Shown here: positions 10,069-18,536 of the stretch, in pieces
Layout: each line of letters begins with the position of its first letter
Position numbering within the stretch: position 1 is the stretch's first letter
Origin: a virus
Taxonomy: Duplodnaviria; Caudoviricetes
Reading direction: 5' to 3' (one strand)
IMG/VR virus record: IMGVR_UViG_3300020431_000444
Location: 1-29,403 of that record
Length of the DNA stretch: 29,403 nucleotides
Notes under the pieces: generated by a model
What the model was told of the DNA's origin: nothing
The model's database searches: none
Seen by the model: the letters and a program-made list of their open reading frames with translations, nothing else
Position numbers and translations under genes: made by a program

Positions 10069-12313
10069 TTTTAATTGTTATTTCTACTTGATCATTTTTA
10101 CTGAACACAGGGAACCGAAACTCGCCTGTGTCATATCCTGTTTGACCAATAATATTTCCACTTGCTCCCAGAACTCGTCCGGTAAACGTATAAGTTTTAG
10201 TGGGCTTGTTAGTGGCAGTAACATCGATGTCGAACTGAGAGGTGTTTAAGTACAGCAAAGACATGTACCTAATTTGTAATCTCCCGTCTTGTATAGGAAC
10301 TTGTGAACCTCTGTCGCCTTCACGCAAGAACTGGGTACTGAATTGATATTCAAATCTGTATACGAGTCCTATATGGAAATTCTTAGCAGTGAAGTCGCCT
10401 TCAACGACTATCTGTGTTGCGCTTTGTGAAATGATGTTGGGAATAGTGCCGTCACTTTCAACAAGCTGCCAGGTCTCAGATTCAGAATACGGCACAGTAA
10501 TTGTAGTTCTATTTGTTGCGCTGTCGAAACTCTTAGTACATTCGGCCTGAGTAACACGCCTGTCTAATAGAACATCGTTAGGGGTTCCATCGACTCCTTC
10601 GCCTTCAGAGATTGTCAGTTTATCAATGTGAACTCCTGAGTTTGATTTATAAATTATAAATAAATCTTGCTCTAGAAACTCCATTGTTAAAACGGTGTAA
10701 CCAGCAGGGAACGTCCAGGTTCCCCAGGAAGACTGTAGTTTTTGATCACCGGACATGTGCCACTTGTATATGTATAGCCTATTCCGGTCCCCTGAACTAA
10801 GTACAGCCATTATGTCATCTGTTGTGCTAGATGCCATTTTAATTATGTTAGCGGGTATGTACCTAGGAATTTGAATTGTTATTTCAGAACTGTCTTTGTT
10901 GTCTGTCTGATCTGTGATGAACAGTTCTCTAAGATTGGCATGTGATGTACCATCTACAGCAAAATAAACGTTAGGCCCAACGGCTGTAGGCTTTGCTGTA
11001 ATAGATGCGTCAAAGCTTGTGGTAACATCAAGTCCAATAGTTTTAGGAGACAAGAAATCTCCCTCTGATACTTCAAACTGCACCTTATCTGAAAATAGCA
11101 TTAAAGTTTTATTATAAGGTACAGCGTGGTGTAAATTTGAAATCCTGTTCGTTGTACTGGCAACATCTATCCGCTCTGTGTCTAACAGTTGCGTCGTTGT
11201 TGTCCTCCAGAAATTTTCAAATTCTTGGTTTTCGCTGAATATAACGTTCTCACCGGACAGCAAACCCATGCGTCCTTTGTGTAAGAAAATATCGTTTATC
11301 TTCCCGCCTACAAACGATGGATCAATATTTGTATTGTCATCTCCAGCCAGCCGCTGGTTCCATACATCCGTACTAAACGTAAACGTGCCATTAGCATTTC
11401 GGACAAGGATATGCGGCATTGTGGTTGCGTTAAACTGTCTCCCAGCGTTGAACCCTACAGTCTCTGTCCAGACGTTATCTAAGTAGGTTACCCAGAAATC
11501 ATCTCCCGATTCTTCCACATCTCCTCTGACTTTTACGAGTCTGTTATCTACATCTGAAGGAGGCAGCTTTGAGAATTCTTGTATTTCATCCTTAAACACC
11601 CTCATAGAACGCCCGCCAAAACCTTCAGTAACTTCTACTTTATCTCCAGTCTGTAATCCAAACATGCAGACTGCTGAGTTTTCTACAGTTGAAGAAATTC
11701 CTGATACTGCTAAGGCATTTGCAAGATTCTGAGCAATCTCATCTGTACCTTCAAGAGCCGTAGCAGCAGACACATTGGTCTGTGTTGTATGTGTAGCGCG
11801 AAGAACATTATTAACAAAAATTGCATAGGTCTTGTTGGCGACAGCTTGGAATATGTAAATAGTCGCCTGGGTTCTTGGGTCAGTTCTTGTTTCTGAAGTG
11901 GCTGAAGCTGTCGTCGTAACAGAAGTGTTTACAATCCAAGTCTGATCCCCAACAGATAAAAACCGTAGTTGTTCGTTTGGTTTGCTCGTAGATAAATAAG
12001 ATTTACCATTGGGAAACGATACTGTTTTTTTAGTCCCATCTATATCGTAAACTTCTAAGTCACCATTCACGCACACTATAAAATATTTTTCAGTAGCATC
12101 TCTTTGTACAAGATGTATTCCAGCATCATTAGGAATTGATACTGAAGTGTTTAGGGATGCAATGTAGTTTGTATTCGGGCGCTTCTGTAACCCTGTTACG
12201 ATAGAGGGAAAAGCGTTGATCATTTCTTTACAGCTTGTTTCAAGCCTTATTGGTGCTGGCTGCTGTGACACCCCATTGATCATGTTGGGGAGCGACGATG
12301 AAACAAGTGGCAT
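9992..12313 (-). CDS. Tail tubular protein B (nozzle), T7 gp12-like
   Basis: MPLVSSSLPNMINGVSQQP...GLQKRP N-terminus; PSFVGGKINDIFLHKGRMGLLSGENVIFS; GRLQIR; 773 aa. Confidence 0.95.
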   Translation of the reverse strand: MPLVSSSLPNMINGVSQQPAPIRLETSCKEMINAFPSIVTGLQKRPNTNYIASLNTSVSIPNDAGIHLVQRDATEKYFIVCVNGDLEVYDIDGTKKTVSFPNGKSYLSTSKPNEQLRFLSVGDQTWIVNTSVTTTASATSETRTDPRTQATIYIFQAVANKTYAIFVNNVLRATHTTQTNVSAATALEGTDEIAQNLANALAVSGISSTVENSAVCMFGLQTGDKVEVTEGFGGRSMRVFKDEIQEFSKLPPSDVDNRLVKVRGDVEESGDDFWVTYLDNVWTETVGFNAGRQFNATTMPHILVRNANGTFTFSTDVWNQRLAGDDNTNIDPSFVGGKINDIFLHKGRMGLLSGENVIFSENQEFENFWRTTTTQLLDTERIDVASTTNRISNLHHAVPYNKTLMLFSDKVQFEVSEGDFLSPKTIGLDVTTSFDASITAKPTAVGPNVYFAVDGTSHANLRELFITDQTDNKDSSEITIQIPRYIPANIIKMASSTTDDIMAVLSSGDRNRLYIYKWHMSGDQKLQSSWGTWTFPAGYTVLTMEFLEQDLFIIYKSNSGVHIDKLTISEGEGVDGTPNDVLLDRRVTQAECTKSFDSATNRTTITVPYSESETWQLVESDGTIPNIISQSATQIVVEGDFTAKNFHIGLVYRFEYQFSTQFLREGDRGSQVPIQDGRLQIRYMSLLYLNTSQFDIDVTATNKPTKTYTFTGRVLGASGNIIGQTGYDTGEFRFPVFSKNDQVEITIKNETPFNSAFSSTEWEAMYTPKTRRI

Positions 12314-12934
12314 CTAGTATACACCTCTGTCAAAACCGTCACGCCGTAGGATGTTAACAGGCGTGATGCTGTCTCTAATCATGTTGTAATCTCCCGCCCA
12401 TACTTCATCATTCTTGAGAGCGGCAAGCGCCATCGACTCGTCAACTTGTGACGTTTCTGTGACCAATGCTCCTAAGTGTCTCTCTTGGAATATACGGGCA
12501 GCTTTTAGCGTAATATATCGACGGGCTGTTTCTGGTAAATCTTCAAAACTTAAAAGAACTACTAAATCGACAGTTATTTTTGCGGTGTCTGGCTGAAACG
12601 TGTGGTTGATGCGGTCATACAAAAACTTACCGCGAAGCACTAAATCAAAATCAGTTCCAGAACTAGAATCAATAGTGTTAACAGTGTCAATTCTTGCGGT
12701 GTTTACAGGCACTGGAAATTTATTGTTACTGTCTCTTAAAATCGGGAAACCAATTTCTGTATTAAAGTTCCACCCCAGGCTTTGAATTTCTCTGTTTATT
12801 CCCGCCAGTATCGTGCGGGCAACAGTGGCATCAACAACGTTATCATCCTCAAGCGTGTTGACTGGGCTTTCACCCATCATACCGAGCATAACGTTTACAG
12901 CCTCTAGCTCTGTAGTCGGGGTGACAATTGCCAT
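12314..12934 (-). CDS. Tail tubular protein A (adaptor), T7 gp11-like
   Basis: TELEAVNVML..MGESPV, QSLGWNFNTE and FEDLPETARRYI motifs. Confidence 0.95.
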   Translation of the reverse strand: MAIVTPTTELEAVNVMLGMMGESPVNTLEDDNVVDATVARTILAGINREIQSLGWNFNTEIGFPILRDSNNKFPVPVNTARIDTVNTIDSSSGTDFDLVLRGKFLYDRINHTFQPDTAKITVDLVVLLSFEDLPETARRYITLKAARIFQERHLGALVTETSQVDESMALAALKNDEVWAGDYNMIRDSITPVNILRRDGFDRGVY

Positions 12935-12950
12935 TTAAATTCTCTCTGAT

Positions 12951-12989
12951 AAAAAATGAGGCACCCCAGGGATTAACCTGAGGTGCCTC
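12951..12989 (-). terminator. Intrinsic terminator after the capsid gene (T-phi-like)
   Basis: Minus strand GAGGCACCTCAGG-TTAATC-CCTGGGGTGCCTC-ATTTTTT: 13-bp stem with one G-U pair, followed by a U tract. Confidence 0.9.
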
Positions 12990-13002
12990 TGTGTAGAGGG
13001 TA

Positions 13003-13971
13003 TTAGGAAGTCGCGTTCTTAATGGCGACCATGCACTCTGGGCGCAATGTGGCGTGTCCAACAGCCATCTTGCTCACCATTAATGTGCCTTGCCTACGGA
13101 TGTCATACTCGCTTTCAGACGCCATCGATAGAAGCTCGACGGTTCCTAAAGCTTGCTTCTGCATGACAACCGCGAGGAATGAGCTGGCGTTAATGCCATA
13201 CTTATTCGCGGCGGTATCCGTAGTCACGGTTGGGTGATTCAGAGCAAGGTTGTTGGTCATTACAACTTGCATACCAGCAACGTTAATCACTGTACCGTCA
13301 CTGTAGACACCATTAGTGCCACCGAAATCGCGGTTAACGATCTTATCGTTTTGCACAATTCCATAGTAAGCGGCTGGCGTTACAAAGACATAACGGTCAT
13401 TGCGCGGAACGTTCTTTTCGTCCAGCTTTTGAGCCGCCGTGTATATCTGAGCGACAAACGTTGTCACATCAGCAGCAGTCGCCATGTTCAAGGTTGCCGA
13501 CTGAAGGATTGTTTCAGAAGTGCCTTGATCAGCAATTGCCGTGGGAGGTGTGGCGCAGTCTTTGATCGCCATCGATAACAGGTTGCGGTCATAGGTTTGC
13601 GCTAGTGCTTGCCCAAGTTGCGTACTGTATTCAGAACGGACATCATAGTGATTTTTTGCCTCGTCAATATTTGCTATGAAGGCATGTGCAATCAATAAAT
13701 CATCAATCGTGACAACTTTCTCGTTGTGCTTGATTGCCGTTCCTACAATTTCCGTTCCAGGGGTGTGGTAAGAGCTTTCGCTTTTTCCTATGGCGGGGAA
13801 TTGAGCCGACTTCCCTGACGAAATGTTACGTTGGCGCACTCTTTCTTTCATAACGGTAGCCGCGTTGAACGAGGCCATAACTTCTCCGCTAAAAATCTTC
13901 AAAAAAAGTGCGTCAAACCCTGTTCCCGTTGCTTCAACGAGACCTAGGCGTGATGCAGTGGCATTAGCCAT
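13003..13971 (-). CDS. Major capsid protein, T7 gp10-like
   Basis: ALFLKIFSGEV, ISSGKSAQFP, TIDDLL, HYDVRSEYS and GHATLRPEC motifs. Confidence 0.97.
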   Translation of the reverse strand: MANATASRLGLVEATGTGFDALFLKIFSGEVMASFNAATVMKERVRQRNISSGKSAQFPAIGKSESSYHTPGTEIVGTAIKHNEKVVTIDDLLIAHAFIANIDEAKNHYDVRSEYSTQLGQALAQTYDRNLLSMAIKDCATPPTAIADQGTSETILQSATLNMATAADVTTFVAQIYTAAQKLDEKNVPRNDRYVFVTPAAYYGIVQNDKIVNRDFGGTNGVYSDGTVINVAGMQVVMTNNLALNHPTVTTDTAANKYGINASSFLAVVMQKQALGTVELLSMASESEYDIRRQGTLMVSKMAVGHATLRPECMVAIKNATS

Positions 13972-14010
13972 TCGCTTCGATCCTTTCTAAAGATACATAA
14001 AAATGTGTGT

Positions 14011-14121
14011 TCTTCAGTCACTTCACGGGGAACAGGATTATCCATCGTAATGGGTCAAGTCAGTTGAAGTAGTGAAGATTCAGGTCGTCACCTGAACGCT
14101 CTCCTAAAGAGGAGCGGCGTT
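14011..14121 (-). ncRNA. Putative structured RNA leader upstream of the capsid gene
   Basis: Three adjacent stems in a 153-nt intergenic gap (see findings). Confidence 0.55.
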
Positions 14122-14124
14122 ATA

Positions 14125-14358
14125 TTATTTAATTGACCTGTTTTTAGATTTACTAATTATGCTCAAGTTAGATCGGACGTTATTTCTTGGGTTCCCATCT
14201 TTATGGTGAATATCTTTGCCCGCCAGAGCGGTTTTTCCTAAACGCTTTTCTTCTTGTCTCCGTATTAGATTACGTGCTGCACGGTCTAACTTAGATTTTT
14301 TACTTTTATGAAACTTTTTGTATTCGTCTTTGTAATCTCTTTTAACGTTTAAACTCAT
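14125..14358 (-). CDS. Small basic HNH-like protein
   Basis: DIHHKDGNPRNN..SNL..ISKSKN HNH-type motif; Lys/Arg-rich N-terminus. Confidence 0.75.
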   Translation of the reverse strand: MSLNVKRDYKDEYKKFHKSKKSKLDRAARNLIRRQEEKRLGKTALAGKDIHHKDGNPRNNVRSNLSIISKSKNRSIK

Positions 14359-14906
14359 TTAAAAGATTCCTCACCCAATCCCCACACAACGAGAGCTTTT
14401 CGTTTACCAAGAAAAACAGGGTTTGCCCTGTGCCATAAGAAACTTGGAAACACAGTGGCAACACCCTGTCGTTTATCTATTTTGTGATTATCGTTAGTGC
14501 GGACACTTAGCCCACCACCTATATACGAACTTGATGGGCTGAGATTAATACTTAGCGTTAATTTTCTTTTTAATACCGTTTCTTCATTATGACCGTTGTC
14601 TACGTGAGACATATAAAATCCCAGCGGTTTGTAAGTTGTGTATTGCAACGGTTGAATTTTATCTAACTGAAAACCAAAAAACTGTGCGGCTTCAGTCATG
14701 GCTTTTAAAACAGGGTCGAAAATGTAATTAAAATTTGCTTGCCGTGAGACCCACTGGACATCACAACGTCTATGTAACCAACTTCTACCAGCGTCCATTG
14801 TTTCGCCTGGAACAACTGGAACATTTTCTAAATCTTTGATAATTGCATTACATTGTTCAGTGGTAAAAACTTTAGTTTTAAAAACCTGAAAAGGATGATT
14901 AGGCAT
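14355..14906 (-). CDS. 2OG-Fe(II) oxygenase (prolyl 4-hydroxylase/PKHD-like)
   Basis: QYTTY...HVD (HxD), RKLTLSINLS, GGGL, FPSFLWH (distal His), RKALVVW (2OG-binding Arg). Confidence 0.9.
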   Translation of the reverse strand: MPNHPFQVFKTKVFTTEQCNAIIKDLENVPVVPGETMDAGRSWLHRRCDVQWVSRQANFNYIFDPVLKAMTEAAQFFGFQLDKIQPLQYTTYKPLGFYMSHVDNGHNEETVLKRKLTLSINLSPSSSYIGGGLSVRTNDNHKIDKRQGVATVFPSFLWHRANPVFLGKRKALVVWGLGEESFK

Positions 14907-15666
14907 TACGAGTTTCTAAAATATTACTTCTTGAAAGTTTAGCTTCAACGTCTGACCGGAAAGCAGAATCATCTCTATATTTAGGAGATTGCATGTCGTC
15001 CATGAGTTCCGCTAAAGAACGATAGGCACCTCCAGGGGCAGAGACATTTCCAGAAATAGACGTTGTAGGTTCTTGTCCTTCGCTTAAAGAAAAGCGAGAC
15101 TTTAAACCATTAACAGCCAGTTCAACTTGAGCCATATCATTGGAGTTAACTGCCGCATTGTACGCATCTATTTCAGATTCACTTAAAGCCTCTCCAGCCC
15201 AAGAAATCATAGATTGGTATGCGTCTTGTCCACCTACTGAATCATATACTTTGGACTGAGCTACTTCCATTTGAGCGGTTTGAGCTTGTATGTAACTGTT
15301 AACAATTTCATTTGGAATGCCAGCTTTAGCTAAGTCGTCATAGCTCTGCTGGGATAGCTCACCGTTTTCTGCAAATTCATCTGACAAGGAGTCAAAGTCT
15401 ATACCAGCAGATTCAACAGCCTGTTTTGCTTCTTCTTGGGTTGCTTCTTGCTGCTGTTGCGGCTGGCTCTGTTTCCTTTCAAGCTCTGAGTAAGCTCTTG
15501 CCAAGTCTTCTGGTGATTGGAATTTTTCGGGTAGCCATTCTGGGCGGGGTAAATCATCTCCACCATTCTGATCAGGGCCATTGACATCGATGCCCATCTC
15601 CTGTGCTTCTTGTTCTAACGTCTTACCTGTAGGTTCATCTACAGGCGCAGTGACCTGTTCAGCCAT
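14899..15666 (-). CDS. Capsid assembly scaffolding protein, T7 gp9-like
   Basis: RPEWLPEKF..EDLARAYSELE, VGGQDAY..MISWA, MQSPKYRDD.AFR..VEAKL; acidic; follows portal. Confidence 0.92.
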   Translation of the reverse strand: MAEQVTAPVDEPTGKTLEQEAQEMGIDVNGPDQNGGDDLPRPEWLPEKFQSPEDLARAYSELERKQSQPQQQQEATQEEAKQAVESAGIDFDSLSDEFAENGELSQQSYDDLAKAGIPNEIVNSYIQAQTAQMEVAQSKVYDSVGGQDAYQSMISWAGEALSESEIDAYNAAVNSNDMAQVELAVNGLKSRFSLSEGQEPTTSISGNVSAPGGAYRSLAELMDDMQSPKYRDDSAFRSDVEAKLSRSNILETRNA

Positions 15667-17303
15667 TATTGTCCTGTTGCCTCTTGTATTTGTTCTGCCA
15701 TCATCTGCGCTGTTTCTGGATCAATGTTTTGTCCAATATCAGAAGCAGCCTTGACGGCTGGGCCTGTCCCACTGGCTACAGCTTTTTGAGCCATATCCAT
15801 CATGCCCTGTTGTTGCATCTGTTGCTCTTGCGCTTGCTGCGCGGCCATTTGTTCTTGCTGTATTTGTTCCTCTGATTTAACCAAGCCATCCATATCGATG
15901 CCCAGGCTCGTACCTCGTCGTTTTATGTAATCGCCAACATTTAGATAATTAGCGAGAACTTCAGGAGGTAACTGAGCTAACCCTTGGAAGAACATATCCA
16001 GTTTATTTAAATCGTGACCACGCCCTAAGGCTTCTAAGCCAGTTACTATTGCTGGTTTAACAACGCCCTTAGGTAACGCTGGGAGTCGTCGTTGTTTTGT
16101 CATCCTGTCCATAATTCGAGTTACCAGAGGGAGTTGGAACTCTTCTGACATTAAGGAGAAAGTTCCTCCTAACGCATCATCCAGTTCTTGGGACATCCGT
16201 CTGATCTCTTCAGCGGTGACACGTTCACCATCCCGTTGAACAGCAGTGTTCATTAGGAAGGCAAACGCCATCCGCTGTTCAATCCCTTGTGACGTTTCTC
16301 TTGCCACGCGCATATCATTATATTTATCAGCTTGCAGTACGGTCACTTCATTAGCGTTACCGCTTACGATTGCTCCGTTCCCTGCATCAGCAATATCACG
16401 GGCGCGAGTGGTCCCATTAGGGTTGACCATGAAGACCACTTTGGCACTGGCGGCAGTGGCTTCTAGTATGGCTTTTGAGATTCCCTCTAAGGAAATCATG
16501 TCGCCTTTGTATTGCTCCACATAGGAACGCCCGTAGTCTTCAGAGTCGATCCGTTCCCAGCGAAGAGGCAGCATAGGTGACTTGTCTATCGGCCATGTTC
16601 CTTCAGAACCAGGAACATGCACACCGTTTATTTCTTGATGTAGCCGCCAACGTTTACCGTCACGGTACATAGCTGTGTAAACATCAATAGATTTGTCTGC
16701 TTCTACTTTACTGTTATCGGAATCTTGTGTGTTCTGCATAACAGCAAGGCGTACTTTTTCGTCCAGAACTTCTGGAGAAACACTTTCTTTTATAATGATG
16801 TGCAATGGCGTACCCATTGGGTCTCGCTGCACCACGTAACGCCTTAGGTCAAAGACCCTAGCTCCTTCATCTTTAGGCAAATAGATAAGAACATTACCAA
16901 CGACAATGAGCTGTTTTAGAGCTTCAAAAATAATTGAACGAAGATTTTGGCTTTCTATTTCTGCCTGTATAGAACGTTCAATTTTATTAAGAGCTTCTTC
17001 GATCTGCGCTCTTGCCCCTGGTTGTTGAGCAAGTTCTGCTGCCGTGAAATCATCTATTACAAATCTAAAAAACGGAGTGTTTGGAGGAAGCAAACTTAAC
17101 AATAGTTTACTTGCTAAATTGTTGACGCCGCGAGCGCCCACGCCCTGATACGGTGTGTGTAGTACTGATGACGAGGAATGTCCCGCATCAGGGAGCAAGG
17201 CAGGGATAGTAAGTTTAGCGCACTCGCGTCCTCTGTTAAGAAACGTTTCTCTTTCGATTGCTAATTTCTCATATCGGGCAGCGCAAGTGACATTACCGTA
17301 CAT
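15666..17303 (-). CDS. Portal (head-to-tail connector), T7 gp8-like
   Basis: YQGVGARGVNNLASKL, EDYGRSYVE, RVTAEEIR and TGLEALGRG motifs. Confidence 0.97.
   Translation of the reverse strand: MYGNVTCAARYEKLAIERETFLNRGRECAKLTIPALLPDAGHSSSSVLHTPYQGVGARGVNNLASKLLLSLLPPNTPFFRFVIDDFTAAELAQQPGARAQIEEALNKIERSIQAEIESQNLRSIIFEALKQLIVVGNVLIYLPKDEGARVFDLRRYVVQRDPMGTPLHIIIKESVSPEVLDEKVRLAVMQNTQDSDNSKVEADKSIDVYTAMYRDGKRWRLHQEINGVHVPGSEGTWPIDKSPMLPLRWERIDSEDYGRSYVEQYKGDMISLEGISKAILEATAASAKVVFMVNPNGTTRARDIADAGNGAIVSGNANEVTVLQADKYNDMRVARETSQGIEQRMAFAFLMNTAVQRDGERVTAEEIRRMSQELDDALGGTFSLMSEEFQLPLVTRIMDRMTKQRRLPALPKGVVKPAIVTGLEALGRGHDLNKLDMFFQGLAQLPPEVLANYLNVGDYIKRRGTSLGIDMDGLVKSEEQIQQEQMAAQQAQEQQMQQQGMMDMAQKAVASGTGPAVKAASDIGQNIDPETAQMMAEQIQEATGQ
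16461..16472 (-). promoter_or_regulatory. Candidate promoter, motif A (GCCATACTAGAA)
   Basis: Exact copy within the portal gene, upstream of scaffold and capsid. Confidence 0.65.
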
Positions 17304-17306
17304 AGC

Positions 17307-17498
17307 TTATCCAATATTAAGAGGAGACTTAGTGGCCTGTGCCGCAGACTGCTGCTTAGGTTTTGGTTCTGTTTTGTCCTTTTTAGTAACAGAAGGAACC
17401 TTAACTTTTTCTAAGCCAGCGTCCTTATAAGCAAAAGTCATGTCACGCCTGGGTTCTTCTCTGTGAACCACAGGCGCTGGGCTTGATCCCATACACAT
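17307..17498 (-). CDS. Small virion-associated protein (gp7.3-like position), Met-Cys start
   Basis: MCMGSSPAP; AGGAG absent but abuts upstream stop; ends SPLNIG; directly before portal. Confidence 0.6.
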   Translation of the reverse strand: MCMGSSPAPVVHREEPRRDMTFAYKDAGLEKVKVPSVTKKDKTEPKPKQQSAAQATKSPLNIG

Positions 17499-17723
17499 TT
17501 AACTAGGAGTATTCACGCCACTACCGTCAGAGGGCGAACTAGTTTTAGAAATGTTAAGAGGTGTTTGATACTTTTTTGTACCTCTTGCTTTCTTCTTTTG
17601 CTTGTTTGCCGTTGTATCGTCATCCGCTCGTTCAGGAACAATTTGTTCTAATTGAGGAGGAGGAGCAACAGGGGGCGCTGGTGGCGGTGGTGGGGGCGGT
17701 GGGCTAGGGCTGGAACCACACAT
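17499..17723 (-). CDS. Small proline-rich virion-associated protein (gp6.7-like position), Met-Cys start
   Basis: MCGSSPSPPPPPPPPAPPVAPPP; GAGGA SD; basic KKKARG; ends SGVNTPS. Confidence 0.7.
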   Translation of the reverse strand: MCGSSPSPPPPPPPPAPPVAPPPQLEQIVPERADDDTTANKQKKKARGTKKYQTPLNISKTSSPSDGSGVNTPS

Positions 17724-17733
17724 TTAACATTCC

Positions 17734-17916
17734 TCATCTATTTGTTAGAATATTTTCTTCCTGATCTTCTTTTACTCTTTGAAGATGCCTGACCACCAAA
17801 GATGCTCCTACATCTGTCCATATTTTTCTCTCTGTATCGGAAACATCTGGACATTTATCTGGGAACTGTGTGCCTAGGTAGTCTATTAAATCTTGAGATA
17901 TTACAGGGATTTCCAT
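17734..17916 (-). CDS. Hypothetical protein, first gene of the morphogenesis block
   Basis: 60 aa, PVISQDLIDYL..QFPDKCP; directly downstream of a promoter-motif copy. Confidence 0.7.
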   Translation of the reverse strand: MEIPVISQDLIDYLGTQFPDKCPDVSDTERKIWTDVGASLVVRHLQRVKEDQEENILTNR

Positions 17917-17921
17917 TCTTA

Positions 17922-17944
17922 CTTCCCTTCTAGTATGGCTAGAA
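17922..17944 (-). promoter_or_regulatory. Candidate late promoter, motif A (TTCTAGCCATACTAGAAGGGAAG)
   Basis: Exact core, intergenic, at the head of the morphogenesis block, followed by GGGAAG. Confidence 0.8.
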
Positions 17945-17947
17945 TTG

Positions 17948-18067
17948 TTATCTTCCAGCGTACTGTTTTCGCCACAACCACGTATTTATTTTTGATATAC
18001 CTTTAGAAATTTTTGTGACTAAGACACTATTCCAGAACCAATGCTTATAACGAATACCGTTTGGCAT
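17948..18067 (-). CDS. Small basic Trp-rich hypothetical protein, 39 aa (not in ORF track)
   Basis: Manual translation MPNGIRYKHWFWNSVLVTKISKGISKINTWLWRKQYAGR; fills the gap between the SleB gene and the promoter motif. Confidence 0.6.
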   Translation of the reverse strand: MPNGIRYKHWFWNSVLVTKISKGISKINTWLWRKQYAGR

Positions 18068-18074
18068 TTTTGTC

Positions 18075-18536
18075 TCACTGTGGTTTGTAAAATTTATGCT
18101 GCCCAATTTGAGATACTAATTTAAAATTTTTAGCCCAAAATGGAGAGACATACGTGGCGTGGTAATGCGTGGCATCCATGACACTACGCACTGTTAAACC
18201 GTCTATCGCCAGCTCGCTAATCTTTACTGACATTTCTAGAGCGACTGGATCAACAAACTGCCATTCTAATTTCCCATCACAGTAATAGGAAAACGCGCAT
18301 TTATTTTTTATTATTCGGCCTTTCCACAGCTTTGCATCGTGTACAACTTTGCAAATTGTAGGGGGAAACTTAGGACTTGCTACTCTATTAAGGATCACAT
18401 TGGCGACAGCGACCTGACCAAGAAACGATTCACCACGCGCCTCATGGTAAACCGCTTCTACGAGACATCCTTTCTCATTCGCTTTTGCTGAACAAATGAC
18501 AACAAACGATAAAATGACAAGCAAAACTAATCGCAT
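18075..18536 (-). CDS. Cell wall hydrolase, SleB/Hydrolase_2 family, with signal-like N-terminus
   Basis: CLVEAVYHEARGE, VANVILNRV, CAFSYYCDG, ATHYHATYVSPFWA and IGQHKFY motifs. Confidence 0.92.
   Translation of the reverse strand: MRLVLLVILSFVVICSAKANEKGCLVEAVYHEARGESFLGQVAVANVILNRVASPKFPPTICKVVHDAKLWKGRIIKNKCAFSYYCDGKLEWQFVDPVALEMSVKISELAIDGLTVRSVMDATHYHATYVSPFWAKNFKLVSQIGQHKFYKPQ

Noticed and set aside
9341-12322. Partial motif A matches at about 9342 (GGTTACTAGAAG) and 12313 (GTATACTAGA)
   Set aside because: Too degenerate to distinguish from chance.
12870-13061. 63-aa ORF overlapping the capsid 3' end, as a possible gp10B-type frameshift extension
   Set aside because: No clear slippery sequence; it runs through the terminator into gp11 and does not resemble a domain.
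14037-14058. TTGACC...GATAAT as a sigma70 promoter in the capsid leader
   Set aside because: The spacer is only about 10 nt and forms a hairpin; an RNA structure fits better.
17655-17712. G-rich stretch as a G-quadruplex or DNA repeat
   Set aside because: Explained by poly-proline codons on the minus strand.
17928-17944. TTCTAG-CCATA-CTAGAA palindrome as an N4-like hairpin promoter or terminator
   Set aside because: The stem is present in only one copy fully and one partly, so it is not a conserved property of motif A; no U tract.
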